Assembly (NCBI GenBank): GCA_963744145.1
Contig: CAVUSO010000001.1
Coordinates: 2,880,001-2,944,000, forward strand
Direction: 5' to 3'
Length of the DNA stretch: 64,000 bases
DNA from: an uncultured cyanobacterium
GTDB taxonomy: Bacteria; Cyanobacteriota; Cyanobacteriia; Cyanobacteriales; CAWUOF01
The notes beneath the pieces were generated by a model. The model was not told the DNA's origin. It was given only the letters and a program-made list of their open reading frames with translations, and did not search any database. This document shows, piece by piece, positions 52,141 to 62,834 of the stretch. A program made the translations under genes and the position numbers. The stretch's first letter is position 1. Every line of letters begins with the position of its first letter.

Positions 52141-52716
52141 TTAGCTATCTTGATCAATATTAATGGGATTTTTACTATTGGGTTTTGGTTCAAAATCCGG
52201 GGCATAAGCTTGGAGTAAGGTGCTAACTTGAAAGAGAACTTCATTACTCGAAGATTTACCCAAAGCTTGACGCTCTGGAAAAAAGACTGGTCGATTAATA
52301 CTACGAGTGATCGCTTCATTCACTTGACTCGCAATCAGTCCTTGTAATTCTTCTTTAGCACGGGAACGCTGGTAGTTAGCACCTTCTTCCGTCGTCGCAT
52401 AGAGAGGAGGTAAGCGATTTAAAGCATAAGCAGCAATATCCCCCACATCCATAGTCCGATCGCTAGTTGCTTCAATTTCTGCTACTCGGGCGATCGCTTC
52501 TGAGAGTACCAATTCTTCCATCACATTGATAAACTGTTTGCGGGGAAGAACTACCACCTCACCAGTTAACAAAGCTCCCATCAGCCGATCGAGAGCCATA
52601 TACTCTTCAATCGACAGTTCAGAAGCAGTATTACAGATCCGACCGACCTCAGCTTCCATCGATGGTGTTAAATAACCATCCTGCAATGCTTGTTCAACAA
52701 TTTTTTCAATACTCAT
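52141..52716 (-). CDS. ComFB-domain protein
   Basis: NVMEELV..DIAAYALNRLPPLYAT. Confidence 0.88.
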   Translation of the reverse strand: MSIEKIVEQALQDGYLTPSMEAEVGRICNTASELSIEEYMALDRLMGALLTGEVVVLPRKQFINVMEELVLSEAIARVAEIEATSDRTMDVGDIAAYALNRLPPLYATTEEGANYQRSRAKEELQGLIASQVNEAITRSINRPVFFPERQALGKSSSNEVLFQVSTLLQAYAPDFEPKPNSKNPINIDQDS

Positions 52717-52846
52717 AATACCCTTATACTCCACAAGCCCACTTCTCCTCATCGGATTTCGCTGTGATTTAATGCTAGTCCGGCTCTAAATTGCTCAAAC
52801 CTGAAAATTACTTGCTACATAACAATTATTTTTATCAAGTCCTACC

Positions 52847-53740
52847 TTACTCTAATCCTTGGTAGCGCCAGGGAACTGGGTCAACTGCAAGTCCATGTAC
52901 ATATAATCCCCAATGTAAATGAGGACCAGCTGCTGCACCAGTATCACCCACAGCACCGATGACCTGTCCAGCTTGGACAAAATCACCTTCCTTGACATCA
53001 ATCCGACTTAAGTGCAAAAACGCACTGGTAATTCCTTGACCGTGATCAATGCCGATGATGTTACCGTTGATTTGGAATCCCTGAGATTCTAGTCCCACTA
53101 AAGCCACTTTTCCAGGTGCTGGTGCAACCACTGGAGAACCCTTGTCACCGGCATAATCTACTCCTCGATGATAATAGTCTTTGGCAAATTCTCCATTGTA
53201 ATAACGACGTACTCCGTAAATAGCTGTGATTTCCCCCTCATTAGGTCGCAAAAATTTTCCATTCCAAAGTTTTTTTGGTGTTTCTAATTTTTTGAAAGCA
53301 TCCACGCGATTAAATTCATAATCCGAGATGTCAACGTCTTTACCAGGATCTAACCAAATTGATTGGGTCGGAAATTCCCGATCGCGAACTTCTACAGCTA
53401 AATTTTTCCTTTGACCAGCTTGGGTCACCTGAATTGGCCAAGTCCCTGGTTGATCTAAGGGTGTGGTCGGTAAAAAAGCCCGGAAGCGATGTTGGTCTAT
53501 GGGATAAGCAGGATAGTTTTGTTTATTCATGGAAATCAGCGGTGGAGTGGTCGGGTCTCCAGATTGATCAAGTTGAATCACCACTGACAAGGTATCTCCT
53601 AGTTGAGCTGAGATCGGGTGTAATTGTACCTGGAAAGCTAAACTTGGCATTGCTACCACGATTAAAAATGTACAAACACAAATTGCCATCCCGATTGTCT
53701 GATTTTTTAATGCTTTTAAAGCGAAGCTAATTTTCTTCAT
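52847..53740 (-). CDS. M23-family metallopeptidase
   Basis: HRGVD and GPHLHW motifs; signal peptide. Confidence 0.93.
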   Translation of the reverse strand: MKKISFALKALKNQTIGMAICVCTFLIVVAMPSLAFQVQLHPISAQLGDTLSVVIQLDQSGDPTTPPLISMNKQNYPAYPIDQHRFRAFLPTTPLDQPGTWPIQVTQAGQRKNLAVEVRDREFPTQSIWLDPGKDVDISDYEFNRVDAFKKLETPKKLWNGKFLRPNEGEITAIYGVRRYYNGEFAKDYYHRGVDYAGDKGSPVVAPAPGKVALVGLESQGFQINGNIIGIDHGQGITSAFLHLSRIDVKEGDFVQAGQVIGAVGDTGAAAGPHLHWGLYVHGLAVDPVPWRYQGLE

Positions 53741-54131
53741 GAGTATTTACCAACTTTCCTAATTACAGGACAATAGGACTTAAATCACCACTTTTGGGGG
53801 TCATAAGTCAGAAAAATCTTTGTCGTATTCGCCAATAGACTAACGCTTTCTCGGGATACTTTCCACTTTATCAGGTAATGTCTCTTGGCCCAAATAAAAT
53901 TCTAATTCACCATGATTAATTTTCGCGATCGAATTAGAACCAACGGGCGATCGGCTTTTGTATTTTGCCCCAAGTTCGATCCCTAGAGATTTAGTCGGAC
54001 AAATTATCTTTTAAATGATAACTGGGTCGCAATTATATTCACTTAACAGATTAATCTGCCCAATTACCTAAATATTTTTCTGTTCAATGGGCTGTAATTT
54101 TTACTCATAGAAAAATAAATATAGTCCCGAC

Positions 54132-54302
54132 CTAACTGTTTCAAACTACCCGAACACCTCTCCCCCAACCCCTCTCCTAAGAGGAAAGGGGAGCAGAAAT
54201 TAATCCGATTAAATCACGCATATTAATTACTCCCTATCCCTAGTAGGGAAGGGGGTTGGGGGGTTAGGTCTATAATTTAGAGGTGAGAGTAAAACAGTCC
54301 TA
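54132..54302. repeat. Palindromic MITE-like repeat (CCCCTCTCC..GGGG type)
   Basis: CCCCCAACCCCTCTCCTAAGAGGAAAGGGG and CCCTATCCCTAGTAGGGAAGGGGGTTGGGGG as inverted arms; CTGTTT/AAACAG ends. Confidence 0.7.
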
Positions 54303-54319
54303 ACTTAGTCAGGGAGGAT

Positions 54320-54532
54320 TTATTCTTTTGGTTTGATATAAACTAAAGCTTCTAAACGGATCATAATTTGATGCTCTTGGCTATCAAGAATACAGATAAA
54401 TTGGGTATCTTGCCAAAAAATTTTGCCGTTTAAGACATCATTGGTGATAATTTTTACCTCTACTTCTTTTTTCTCTTTAATCAAACTCTGAATTTTGCGA
54501 ATACTCGGCAAATCTCTCTCTAATTCAGCCAT
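54320..54532 (-). CDS. hfq: Cyanobacterial Hfq-like RNA chaperone
   Basis: LPSIRKIQ..GKIFWQD Sm fold; divergent from dapF. Confidence 0.88.
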   Translation of the reverse strand: MAELERDLPSIRKIQSLIKEKKEVEVKIITNDVLNGKIFWQDTQFICILDSQEHQIMIRLEALVYIKPKE

Positions 54533-54588
54533 AATAAGATCCTGATTAAGTACAAATTCAGCTTACCTTTGGAATTGACACATGGGAG

Positions 54589-55473
54589 ATGTTTATGGCA
54601 ATTGAGTTTAGTAAGTATCATGGTTTAGGTAATGATTTCATTTTAATTGATAATCGCTACCAGTCTGAACCTTGTCTAACCCCAGAATTAGCTGTACAAT
54701 GGTGCGATCGCCATTTTGGAATTGGTGCTGATGGGGTAATTTTTGCCTTACCAGGACAAAATGGAGCTGATTATACCATGAGAATCTTTAATTCTGATGG
54801 TTCTGAACCAGAAATGTGTGGTAATGGGATTCGTTGTTTAGCTAAGTTTATTGCTTCTTTCGATCGCACCCTGAACACAGTCGAAGGGTCTAAGAGTTTT
54901 GACCACCATGATAGTCATTTGAGTGAATATCGGATTCATACTCTAGCTGGGATCATCACACCCCAATTAACTGCTTCCGGGGAAGTTAAGGTGGATATGG
55001 GTATACCACGACTGTTAGCTCATGAAATTCCTACTACTATAGTTGCGGCTGATGCTAAAGTGGTTGATACTAATTTAGTGGTAAATGACCAATCTTGGCT
55101 AGTCACTTGTGTGAATATGGGCAATCCCCATTGTATCACTTTTGTCGATGATGTGAGTGTGATTGACTTAGCAAAAATTGGACCGGAGTTTGAGCATCAT
55201 CCAGTTTTTCCCCAACGGACTAATACGGAATTTATCCAAGTGATCAGTAGAGATTACCTGAAAATGCGGGTCTGGGAAAGAGGTGCTGGGATCACTTTAG
55301 CTTGTGGAACTGGTGCTTGTGCAGCTGTCGTTGCTGGGGTATTAAGTGGTAAATGCGATCGCATTGCTACGGTAGAACTTCCTGGTGGTTTACTGGAAAT
55401 AGAATGGTCTAGTGCGACCCAACGAGTTTATATGACGGGTCCAGCGACCAAAGTTTTTACTGGTACAGTTTAA
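54589..55473 (+). CDS. dapF: Diaminopimelate epimerase
   Basis: HGLGNDF, MCGNG, GNPH and [13 protein letters not shown] motifs. Confidence 0.97.
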   Translation: MFMAIEFSKYHGLGNDFILIDNRYQSEPCLTPELAVQWCDRHFGIGADGVIFALPGQNGADYTMRIFNSDGSEPEMCGNGIRCLAKFIASFDRTLNTVEGSKSFDHHDSHLSEYRIHTLAGIITPQLTASGEVKVDMGIPRLLAHEIPTTIVAADAKVVDTNLVVNDQSWLVTCVNMGNPHCITFVDDVSVIDLAKIGPEFEHHPVFPQRTNTEFIQVISRDYLKMRVWERGAGITLACGTGACAAVVAGVLSGKCDRIATVELPGGLLEIEWSSATQRVYMTGPATKVFTGTV

Positions 55474-57273
55474 TTATTGTAATTGTTCCACAGTAGCCCT
55501 AAAACCGTTACTAGTCATGCGTTTTAACATCCATTCCGCTTTATCCTGTTCCCGATCGCGATAAGCTCCTACCTGGATCACTGTTCTTCCTTGAAAAACT
55601 CGCTCGAAAGCATCAGGAACCAGCTTTTTTACTTTTGCTTCCTGACGATCATTTTCGATTTCGACTACCACTCGATAGCGAAACCCCATAATTGTCACTG
55701 GGTTAGGTGGGGGTGGAGGATTTCCTGATGTAGTTTGATTGAGATCAACGGGGGTTGGTAGTGTTGTTTGATATCCAATGGGAATATCGGGACTTGGAAC
55801 CGGTAATACACCCGGAGTCAGGGTTGGTAGATCCGGATTTATATTAGATCTACTTAAATTGGTTGGTAATTCTGTTGCTCTTGGTGATGGTACTACCAGA
55901 TTAACAGGTTTAGATGTGGATGTTACTTGGGTATTAGGTTGAGGTACAGGGATGGGAATGGGAGAGAGTTCTCTAGATGGAATCTGTTTAGAAACAACGG
56001 GAGTAGAGGATTGGGGGGGTGATAGCTGAATAACTTGGACCGGAGGGAGAGAAAATTGAGGGTTACTTGGTGCTGTGACTGGTATATTGGTAGCTATTTG
56101 AGGCTCGATCGGCACACTAGTAATAGTTGTGTTTCCTCCTAGATCAATACGTCCATTCGTATGTCCAGAGGTGATCTGATTACCAAAAGCAGGAATAATT
56201 TGCTTAGTAGCTTTGGCATCAATATCTAGTTTGCCATTATTCCGTAAAATATTGCCACCCTGTTCACGGGTAGTACCTAAATCCGGTTGAGCATTAGCGA
56301 TCGCGACTACTCCATCTTCCAGATTACCTTCAATCACATTCTTGCGTAAAATTGGCCGGGAATTAGCTTGAGCAACCACACCAGACCGATTTTTGGTAAT
56401 TCGATTACTGACTAAAACTGGTGTAGCATTTTGGGCAATGTTAATTCCATATCCAGTTTGATCAAAGATATTTTCCCTAATCTCTGGTTGAGCTGTCCCA
56501 TAAATCGTGATCCCATTAGCTCCGTTTTGGTAAAAATAATTGTTACGAATGATCGATGTACTACTACCCATAATGGAAACCCCATCATGGTTATTTCCGG
56601 TAAAAGTATTATCACTAATGATTGGACTGGTAGATTCAATCCATACTCCATAACCCCGATCGTTGGGATTGACTACAGTTACTCCAGTTAATCCAGCTTG
56701 GTTTTCTCCTAAAATTGTAATATTTTGTTCAGCAAAGCTCGGACTGATAAAAAGTCCACCACCTTTAATGATAATATTCTGTCCATGATTGCCTGGATCA
56801 CCTTGAATTGTGATCCCTGGTTTTAATTTTAAGGGGAATGTTTCACCACTATCGTTGCTGTAGGTGCCGGGTGCGATTAAGATGACTGTATTTGGAGTAG
56901 CCAGATTTAAAGCATAGCTGATCGTTTTTAAAGGAGCGCGATCGCTACCGTTATTTGGTGTATCCTGACCGTTAGTAACATTAACAAACAATATTTTTGT
57001 TTGCGCTAAGAGTTGTAGACTAGGATTTTGGGCTAATGGTCGTGATGGTGCGCTGATCATTGCTTCAACTGGCACCCTTACACTTAAGATGATGCTAACT
57101 GCTAATCCTAAGTAGGTTAAATGGCTGTAGTTAGGTTGACTGTGACTGAGGAAATTTTGGCGGGCACTATGGTTTGGAGCGGTATATTTACAACTACGGG
57201 GGTTAATTAAATTCACAGCTTTCCTCCTGGGCTGGTGTAGACTGATGGCAGATTGGCAAGAGATTAACAACAA
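55474..57273 (-). CDS. DUF1565 beta-helix protein with Pro-rich linker and SPOR-like C-terminus
   Basis: PLKTI..APGTYS..GETFPL; parallel beta-helix repeats; start uncertain. Confidence 0.85.
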   Translation of the reverse strand: MLLISCQSAISLHQPRRKAVNLINPRSCKYTAPNHSARQNFLSHSQPNYSHLTYLGLAVSIILSVRVPVEAMISAPSRPLAQNPSLQLLAQTKILFVNVTNGQDTPNNGSDRAPLKTISYALNLATPNTVILIAPGTYSNDSGETFPLKLKPGITIQGDPGNHGQNIIIKGGGLFISPSFAEQNITILGENQAGLTGVTVVNPNDRGYGVWIESTSPIISDNTFTGNNHDGVSIMGSSTSIIRNNYFYQNGANGITIYGTAQPEIRENIFDQTGYGINIAQNATPVLVSNRITKNRSGVVAQANSRPILRKNVIEGNLEDGVVAIANAQPDLGTTREQGGNILRNNGKLDIDAKATKQIIPAFGNQITSGHTNGRIDLGGNTTITSVPIEPQIATNIPVTAPSNPQFSLPPVQVIQLSPPQSSTPVVSKQIPSRELSPIPIPVPQPNTQVTSTSKPVNLVVPSPRATELPTNLSRSNINPDLPTLTPGVLPVPSPDIPIGYQTTLPTPVDLNQTTSGNPPPPPNPVTIMGFRYRVVVEIENDRQEAKVKKLVPDAFERVFQGRTVIQVGAYRDREQDKAEWMLKRMTSNGFRATVEQLQ

Positions 57274-57505
57274 CTATTTTTTTTTTGGTAGGTAGTAGTA
57301 GTTGGAGGCTTGGCAATGAGCAACTAATAAAAACTGAGGATAGCCCGATCAGATTTTGTTTGCTGAAGATAATTTGAAAATTTAATAAAACTTAATATAT
57401 AAGGGAAATGACTGCATAACTGGCAAAATTATTTCGGGATTTGCTGGTTTGTCCAAGGGTGACCAGAACGGAAACAGATGGTTAGGATCAAAAAATTAAT
57501 GGGAT

Positions 57506-58615
57506 ATGATTTCCATGAGTGATAAACAGAACTGGATAGAAGAACGGACACCAGGAGGGATCTTACAAGCACAACCAGCCCTCTGTCGCATTTTAGATGC
57601 TAATCTAGATCGGGCAAGGGAAGGGTTGCGGATTGTGGAAGAATGGTGTCGTTTTGGACTAAATAATGCTCAGTTGGTAAGTGAGTGTAAGCAATTACGA
57701 CAAGAATTAGCAACTTGGCATAAGATGGAATTGCGAAGTTGGAGGGATACTCCGGGAGATCCTGGAACTGACCTAACCCATCCCCAGGAAGAAGAACGTG
57801 CTGGGATTGGACAATTGTTACAAGCAAATTTCTGTCGGGTCGAAGAAGCACTCCGAGTATTAGAAGAATATGGCAAATTGTATAAACTAGAGATGGCAAA
57901 TGCTTTAAAACAAATGCGTTATCGGGTTTATACCTTAGAAAGTACCCTGTTAGCTTATCGACGACATCAGCAACTAGAGCGATCGCAATTATATTTGATC
58001 ACCTCACCAGCCGAACAATTAATCCCGATCGTCGAAGCAGCTTTACAAGGTGGGTTGAGTATGGTGCAATACCGTGATAAAACGGCTGATGATCGGAAAC
58101 GGTTAGAGCAAATTACTCAAATTCGTCAGCTCTGCGATCGCTATGGGGCTCTGTTTATTGTTAACGATCGAGTGGATCTAGCTCTAGCTGTGGGTGCTGA
58201 TGGTGTTCATTTGGGTCAGGGGGATGTACCCATTAACTTAGCCCGACAAGTGCTTGGTCCGCAACGTTTAATTGGTCGCTCCACTACTAATCCCGAAGAA
58301 ATGCACCGAGCAATTCAAGAGGGAGCAGATTATATTGGTGTCGGTCCGATCTATGAAACTCCTACCAAACCTGGTAAAGCCGCTGTAGGATTAGATTATG
58401 TTCGTTATGCTGCGGCCCATTGTTCGATTCCTTGGTTCACTATTGGTGGAATTGATACTAATAATGTACTCGAAGTTCTCTCTGCTGGTGCCGAGCGAGT
58501 GTCAGTAGTCCGAGCAATTATGCAAGCTGAACAACCGACTTTGGTGACTCAATATTTCCTCTCCCAATTAACTCGTGTTCACACTCTCCGAGTTTTAAAA
58601 GGTAACGAGCGTTAA
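57506..58615 (+). CDS. thiE: Thiamine-phosphate synthase (cyanobacterial long form)
   Basis: RILDANLDRAREGLR N-domain; QYRDK, NDR, GVHLGQGD and TPTKPG motifs. Confidence 0.96.
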   Translation: MISMSDKQNWIEERTPGGILQAQPALCRILDANLDRAREGLRIVEEWCRFGLNNAQLVSECKQLRQELATWHKMELRSWRDTPGDPGTDLTHPQEEERAGIGQLLQANFCRVEEALRVLEEYGKLYKLEMANALKQMRYRVYTLESTLLAYRRHQQLERSQLYLITSPAEQLIPIVEAALQGGLSMVQYRDKTADDRKRLEQITQIRQLCDRYGALFIVNDRVDLALAVGADGVHLGQGDVPINLARQVLGPQRLIGRSTTNPEEMHRAIQEGADYIGVGPIYETPTKPGKAAVGLDYVRYAAAHCSIPWFTIGGIDTNNVLEVLSAGAERVSVVRAIMQAEQPTLVTQYFLSQLTRVHTLRVLKGNER

Positions 58616-58631
58616 TTTAATCTTAAATCAG

Positions 58632-58847
58632 ATGATCTCTAGCCAAATTACCCTCCAAATTAATGGTGAAAACCATACCTGTGACGCTAATACTAAACTT
58701 CCAGACCTGTTAATTATGTTGGGATTAAATCCCCGCTTGTTGGCAATAGAATATAATGGAGAAATATTACATCGACAATTTTGGCAAGAAACGGAAATCC
58801 AACCGGGCGATCGTCTAGAAATAGTGACAATTGTAGGTGGTGGTTAA
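58632..58847 (+). CDS. thiS: Sulfur carrier protein ThiS
   Basis: Ubiquitin-like fold ending in VGGG; follows thiE. Confidence 0.95.
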   Translation: MISSQITLQINGENHTCDANTKLPDLLIMLGLNPRLLAIEYNGEILHRQFWQETEIQPGDRLEIVTIVGGG

Positions 58848-58898
58848 GCTTGTTAGAACTGCTATCGTGTTTTTTAAGCTGGGATTTGGTAAGGTAAT

Positions 58899-59867
58899 AT
58901 GCACAAAAAACTACTTTCTGTAATTAAACCACTGTTGAAATCTTTACTACTGCTCGGTCTGATCTTGGGAGTAGCACTCGGACAACCAGATGGGGCTCTA
59001 GCTGCTCGGAGTGGTGGTCGAATTGGGGGTGGTTCTTTTTCAGCACCAAGTCGGAGTTATGCTCCACCAAGTCGGAGTTATGCTCCTTCTGGGGGGTATT
59101 ATCCCTCCTATCCAGGTGGAGGTTTTGGGTTTCCCTTCTTGATTCCGTTTTTTGGTGGGAGCGGAATTTTTGGTGGGTTCTTCTCGATTTTGATCTTTTT
59201 AGCGATCGCGAATTTTATTGTCCAAAGTTTCCGTCGCATTGGGGCTTCAGAAACGACGGATGAGTTAGGTTATAGTAATCCTAATGTATCTGTTGCTAAG
59301 GTACAAGTTGGTCTGTTAGCTAATGCTCGGACTTTACAAACAGAGTTGAATGAATTAGCTGAATCTGCTGATACTGGATCAGCTAATGGTCGAGCGAAAG
59401 TATTACAAGAAGCTTCTCTTGCATTATTACGTCATCCAGAATATTGGATTTATGGTGGTGCTGAATCTGAACAAACTCGTTTAGCGACAGCGGAAGCTAA
59501 GTTTAATCAATTAGCGTTAGCAGAACGGAGTAAGTTTACTGAAGAAACTCTGTCTAATGTTAATAATCAGCTTCGACAAGCTCGTCAGTCTCTACCTGGG
59601 GGAGACAATGGGAGTGAATTAGCACAACAAAGTGTAACCGAATCGGGAGAATACATAGTTGTCACAATTCTAGCAGGAATACAAGGAGCGCTCAAGTTTC
59701 CTCCTATTCATAATTCAGAGGATCTAACTCAAGCACTACGTCAAATAGGTAGTATATCGAGCGAAAACCTGTTAGCGATCGAGATTCTCTGGACTCCTCA
59801 AGCTGTCGGTGATACACTTTCTGCCGATGATATGATTGCTGAATATGCTAATCTGAAACTGATTTAG
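58899..59867 (+). CDS. DUF1517-domain protein
   Basis: SGGRIGGGSF, QVGLLA, LLRHPEYW, ERSKF and EILWTPQ motifs. Confidence 0.9.
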   Translation: MHKKLLSVIKPLLKSLLLLGLILGVALGQPDGALAARSGGRIGGGSFSAPSRSYAPPSRSYAPSGGYYPSYPGGGFGFPFLIPFFGGSGIFGGFFSILIFLAIANFIVQSFRRIGASETTDELGYSNPNVSVAKVQVGLLANARTLQTELNELAESADTGSANGRAKVLQEASLALLRHPEYWIYGGAESEQTRLATAEAKFNQLALAERSKFTEETLSNVNNQLRQARQSLPGGDNGSELAQQSVTESGEYIVVTILAGIQGALKFPPIHNSEDLTQALRQIGSISSENLLAIEILWTPQAVGDTLSADDMIAEYANLKLI

Positions 59868-59895
59868 TCGGATTAAGTATTACAAGTAATCAATG

Positions 59896-59923
59896 CCCGC
59901 TTTTTACTGAAAGCGGGTTTTTT
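59896..59923 (+). terminator. Rho-independent terminator
   Basis: CCCGCTTT-TTACTG-AAAGCGGG followed by a T-run. Confidence 0.8.
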
Positions 59924-59967
59924 ATTAACGTTTGCTATAATCAAGTGATCCTAAATACATCAAAAAT

Positions 59968-61134
59968 ATGAAAATCAAAAGACTAGAATACCATGACCAT
60001 GCACATGGATGGTGTCTAAAACCAATAGAGTTTTCTAATCTCAATTTACTTGTTGGTATATCAGGTGCAGGTAAAACAAAAATTATAGAATCAATTTTAA
60101 ATCTGAGAAAAATCCTCAATCTCAGAAAAATTAAAGACCGAACATTTTTGAACGGTATTGAATGGAAAGTTATATTCTTAGCAGGAGAGCAAGAGTATTG
60201 CTGGGAAGGAAAATTTGAAACAAAGAAAATTATAGAAACAGATTTTCTTGATGAAACTAATAGTGATGACCAGGCTAAGATCATTTATGAAAAGCTGTAT
60301 TTAGATAAAAAAGTAATACTAGAAAGACGGGAGGTAAATGAGATTACATTCCAAGAAAAACAACTTCCTAAGTTGTCACCTTTTGAGAGTGTTGTAGAGC
60401 TTTTAAATAATGAAGATATTGTTAAACCAGCATGGGAAAGTTTTGAAAAAATAATTAATAGCGATGATAATCTACTGTCACAAAATGAGCTTTATCCTGT
60501 GCCCCTATCTATACTTTTAAATAAATATTTGTCTGAGGAAGAAATAATTAAAAGTGGTTTAAAAACACAGGTTAAATTAGCTTTAGTATACAATAAATTC
60601 CCAAAACTATTTCAAGAAATTCAAGATAGATTTATCCAGATTTTCCCCACCATTGAGGAGATTAAAATTGAGACTGTGGGCCATGAAATTTTGTCAAAAC
60701 TTCCGCAAATGTTAAGTGAGTTTCCATTTCTATATCTTAAAGAAAGAGATGTAGATAACTGGATCGAGCAAAGTGAAATTTCTTCTGGTATGTATAAAAC
60801 TATTATTCATATCGCTGAACTTTATTTGTCAGCCAATGGTAGTCTGATTATGATCGATGAATTTGAAAATAGTCTAGGAATTAACTGCATAGATGCTATA
60901 ACTGAAGAGCTAATTTCAGGGGAAAAAGGCTTACAATTTATTTTAACTAGCCATCATCCATACATAATTAATAATATTCCTATGGCTTATTGGAAAATAG
61001 TTATTCGTAAAGGTGGAGTAGTCACTGTCCGAAGTGCCGAAGATTTAAACTTAGGAAAATCCAAGCATCAAGCTTACCTACAGCTCATGAATAAACTAGA
61101 AGAATTTAGTGAGAAGGAAACTCAATCTGTATGA
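59968..61134 (+). CDS. AAA/ABC-type ATPase
   Basis: GISGAGKT, ISSGM, IDEFENSL and TSHH motifs. Confidence 0.9.
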   Translation: MKIKRLEYHDHAHGWCLKPIEFSNLNLLVGISGAGKTKIIESILNLRKILNLRKIKDRTFLNGIEWKVIFLAGEQEYCWEGKFETKKIIETDFLDETNSDDQAKIIYEKLYLDKKVILERREVNEITFQEKQLPKLSPFESVVELLNNEDIVKPAWESFEKIINSDDNLLSQNELYPVPLSILLNKYLSEEEIIKSGLKTQVKLALVYNKFPKLFQEIQDRFIQIFPTIEEIKIETVGHEILSKLPQMLSEFPFLYLKERDVDNWIEQSEISSGMYKTIIHIAELYLSANGSLIMIDEFENSLGINCIDAITEELISGEKGLQFILTSHHPYIINNIPMAYWKIVIRKGGVVTVRSAEDLNLGKSKHQAYLQLMNKLEEFSEKETQSV

Positions 61135-61853
61135 ATCTATATTTTCTTGTAGAAGGAAAATCTGAATTGGTTATCTATCGACAATGGTTAACTTATCTCT
61201 TACCCAATTTGACTAGAGTTAATGATTTTGATCAAATTACTGACAATAATTACTACATCTTCACTTGTGAAGGATATCCTAGCATGATCGATCAAGATTT
61301 ACCCAATGCGATTGAAGATGTAAATTCATTCAACTCTAATAACGCTCGTTATGATTATTTGTTAGTTTGTTTAGATGCAGATGAACTGGCGATAGAAGAG
61401 CGAAAAGAAGAAGTATACACATCATTACAATCCATAGATTTAGCTGGTTTAAAGCTAGTTTTAATTATCCAGAATCGTTGTCTAGAAACATGGCTTTTAG
61501 GAAATCGAAATTTTGTGCGAATGCAACTCGAAAATCAACCTGATGAGCGGCGAAAACCATTCCTAACTTACCAACAATTCTATAATGTTGCAACATCCGA
61601 TCCAGAATTAATGGGAGTGCATGACAATTTTAATACCCACTCTCAATTTCACGAGGCATATCTGAAGGCTGTGTTCAAAGCTAGGGGACTTTCCTATACA
61701 AAAGGTACATCAGGTGAAGCAGGGAAAGACTTCTATTTAAAAGAGTTAATTAAACGCACTCAAGATGAGCCGAATCATTTGAAATCTTTACAAAATTTAT
61801 TGAATTTTTGTAATATGATCAAAAATTATGGTTTTATCGGACTTGAGATGTAA
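61131..61853 (+). CDS. TOPRIM-like / DUF4276-like partner protein
   Basis: FLVEGKSE, CLDAD and CLETW motifs; 4-bp overlap with the ATPase. Confidence 0.75.
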   Translation: MNLYFLVEGKSELVIYRQWLTYLLPNLTRVNDFDQITDNNYYIFTCEGYPSMIDQDLPNAIEDVNSFNSNNARYDYLLVCLDADELAIEERKEEVYTSLQSIDLAGLKLVLIIQNRCLETWLLGNRNFVRMQLENQPDERRKPFLTYQQFYNVATSDPELMGVHDNFNTHSQFHEAYLKAVFKARGLSYTKGTSGEAGKDFYLKELIKRTQDEPNHLKSLQNLLNFCNMIKNYGFIGLEM

Positions 61854-62051
61854 AATATCCAGATAAGATCTGATTTTTTGCGAAAAACATCAAATTTAGA
61901 AGTCATCCCAGCCCAAATAGCGCAAGTCCCGGAAATCGAACAAGCATTTGCCGATCGCGAATCGAATTAATTTAAGTGTCGAAGAACTAGATACCTTAGA
62001 AAAGCAAGAACAGTTTGTGTGAGAACAAAAAAATTTAGCGGAGGTTCCTAC

Positions 62052-62438
62052 TTACCAATAACGAGTAACTGCATAATTGTCGAGCACTGCATCCACACTA
62101 ATGATCGGGATCTTTTCTGTGAGTGCTTGGGCAACCAAAAGCCGATCAAAGGGATCTTTATGATAGAATGGCAAAGTGATGATCGCGGTTACATGAGCAA
62201 CTTTAATCGGTAATATTTCCAATTCGTTAACTTGGATTTGATGTTCCATCCATGTTTCAAAATTTCCAGGAATTTGATACTTACCAATACTAATTTTGAT
62301 CGCAATTTCCCAATAGGAAGCAGGGCTGATCAATATGTCATTCAGGGGATCGACAATCAAATCACAGGCAACTGGACTAAGGGCGCGATCGTTAAGCACA
62401 AACCAGAGAAATGCCTGAGTATCGAGCAGAAACTTCAT
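62052..62438 (-). CDS. vapC: VapC-family PIN toxin
   Basis: LLDT, SYWEI and HKDPFDRLLVAQA motifs. Confidence 0.93.
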   Translation of the reverse strand: MKFLLDTQAFLWFVLNDRALSPVACDLIVDPLNDILISPASYWEIAIKISIGKYQIPGNFETWMEHQIQVNELEILPIKVAHVTAIITLPFYHKDPFDRLLVAQALTEKIPIISVDAVLDNYAVTRYW

Positions 62439-62665
62439 GGGATATAGTCGCGAAAGTTTTCCCAGTGGGTTTCGTCTTCGGACAGGATCGTTAGGGTTCC
62501 GATCGCACTACCAGGTTGACGAGGTTTGCGGGGTGGTTGGAGTTCGGCAATCAGTCTAGCGACGGTGCGATCGCCGGAAAAAATCTGCACTTCTTCACCA
62601 GGTTGCAGACTTGCAATCAGTTCGGGTAAATGAAGCTGAGCTTCTGTTAATGGAATCCTTGTCAT
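62435..62665 (-). CDS. Phd/YefM-type antitoxin
   Basis: LTEAQLHLPELI..GEEV..VARL..RQPG; overlaps vapC by 4 bp. Confidence 0.85.
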   Translation of the reverse strand: MTRIPLTEAQLHLPELIASLQPGEEVQIFSGDRTVARLIAELQPPRKPRQPGSAIGTLTILSEDETHWENFRDYIP

Positions 62666-62737
62666 ATAAGTTTTTTGATTCTCTAGTCCCACTGGTTATG
62701 ATTATTTGTTAGTTTGTTTAGATGCAGATGAAATGGC

Positions 62738-62834
62738 TATAGCGTTTCTGGATGAGAGCGAGGTACGCTTTTAACCTTGAAAACCTTTTCCTGCTTACAT
62801 TTAAGTATACCTCATCTCTTTGAGAACCGCTATA
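62738..62834. mobile_element. TA-flanked MITE (IS630-like ends)
   Basis: TATAGCGTTTCT..GAGGTA / TACCTC..AGAACCGCTATA inverted ends. Confidence 0.75.

Noticed and set aside
53820..54010. Possible small minus-strand ORF upstream of the M23 peptidase
   Set aside because: About 57 open codons but no convincing start codon or recognisable similarity
57280..57505. TPP riboswitch upstream of thiE
   Set aside because: A CTGAG is present, but the downstream ACCTGA..GG.TAAT.CC..CG.AGG core is not
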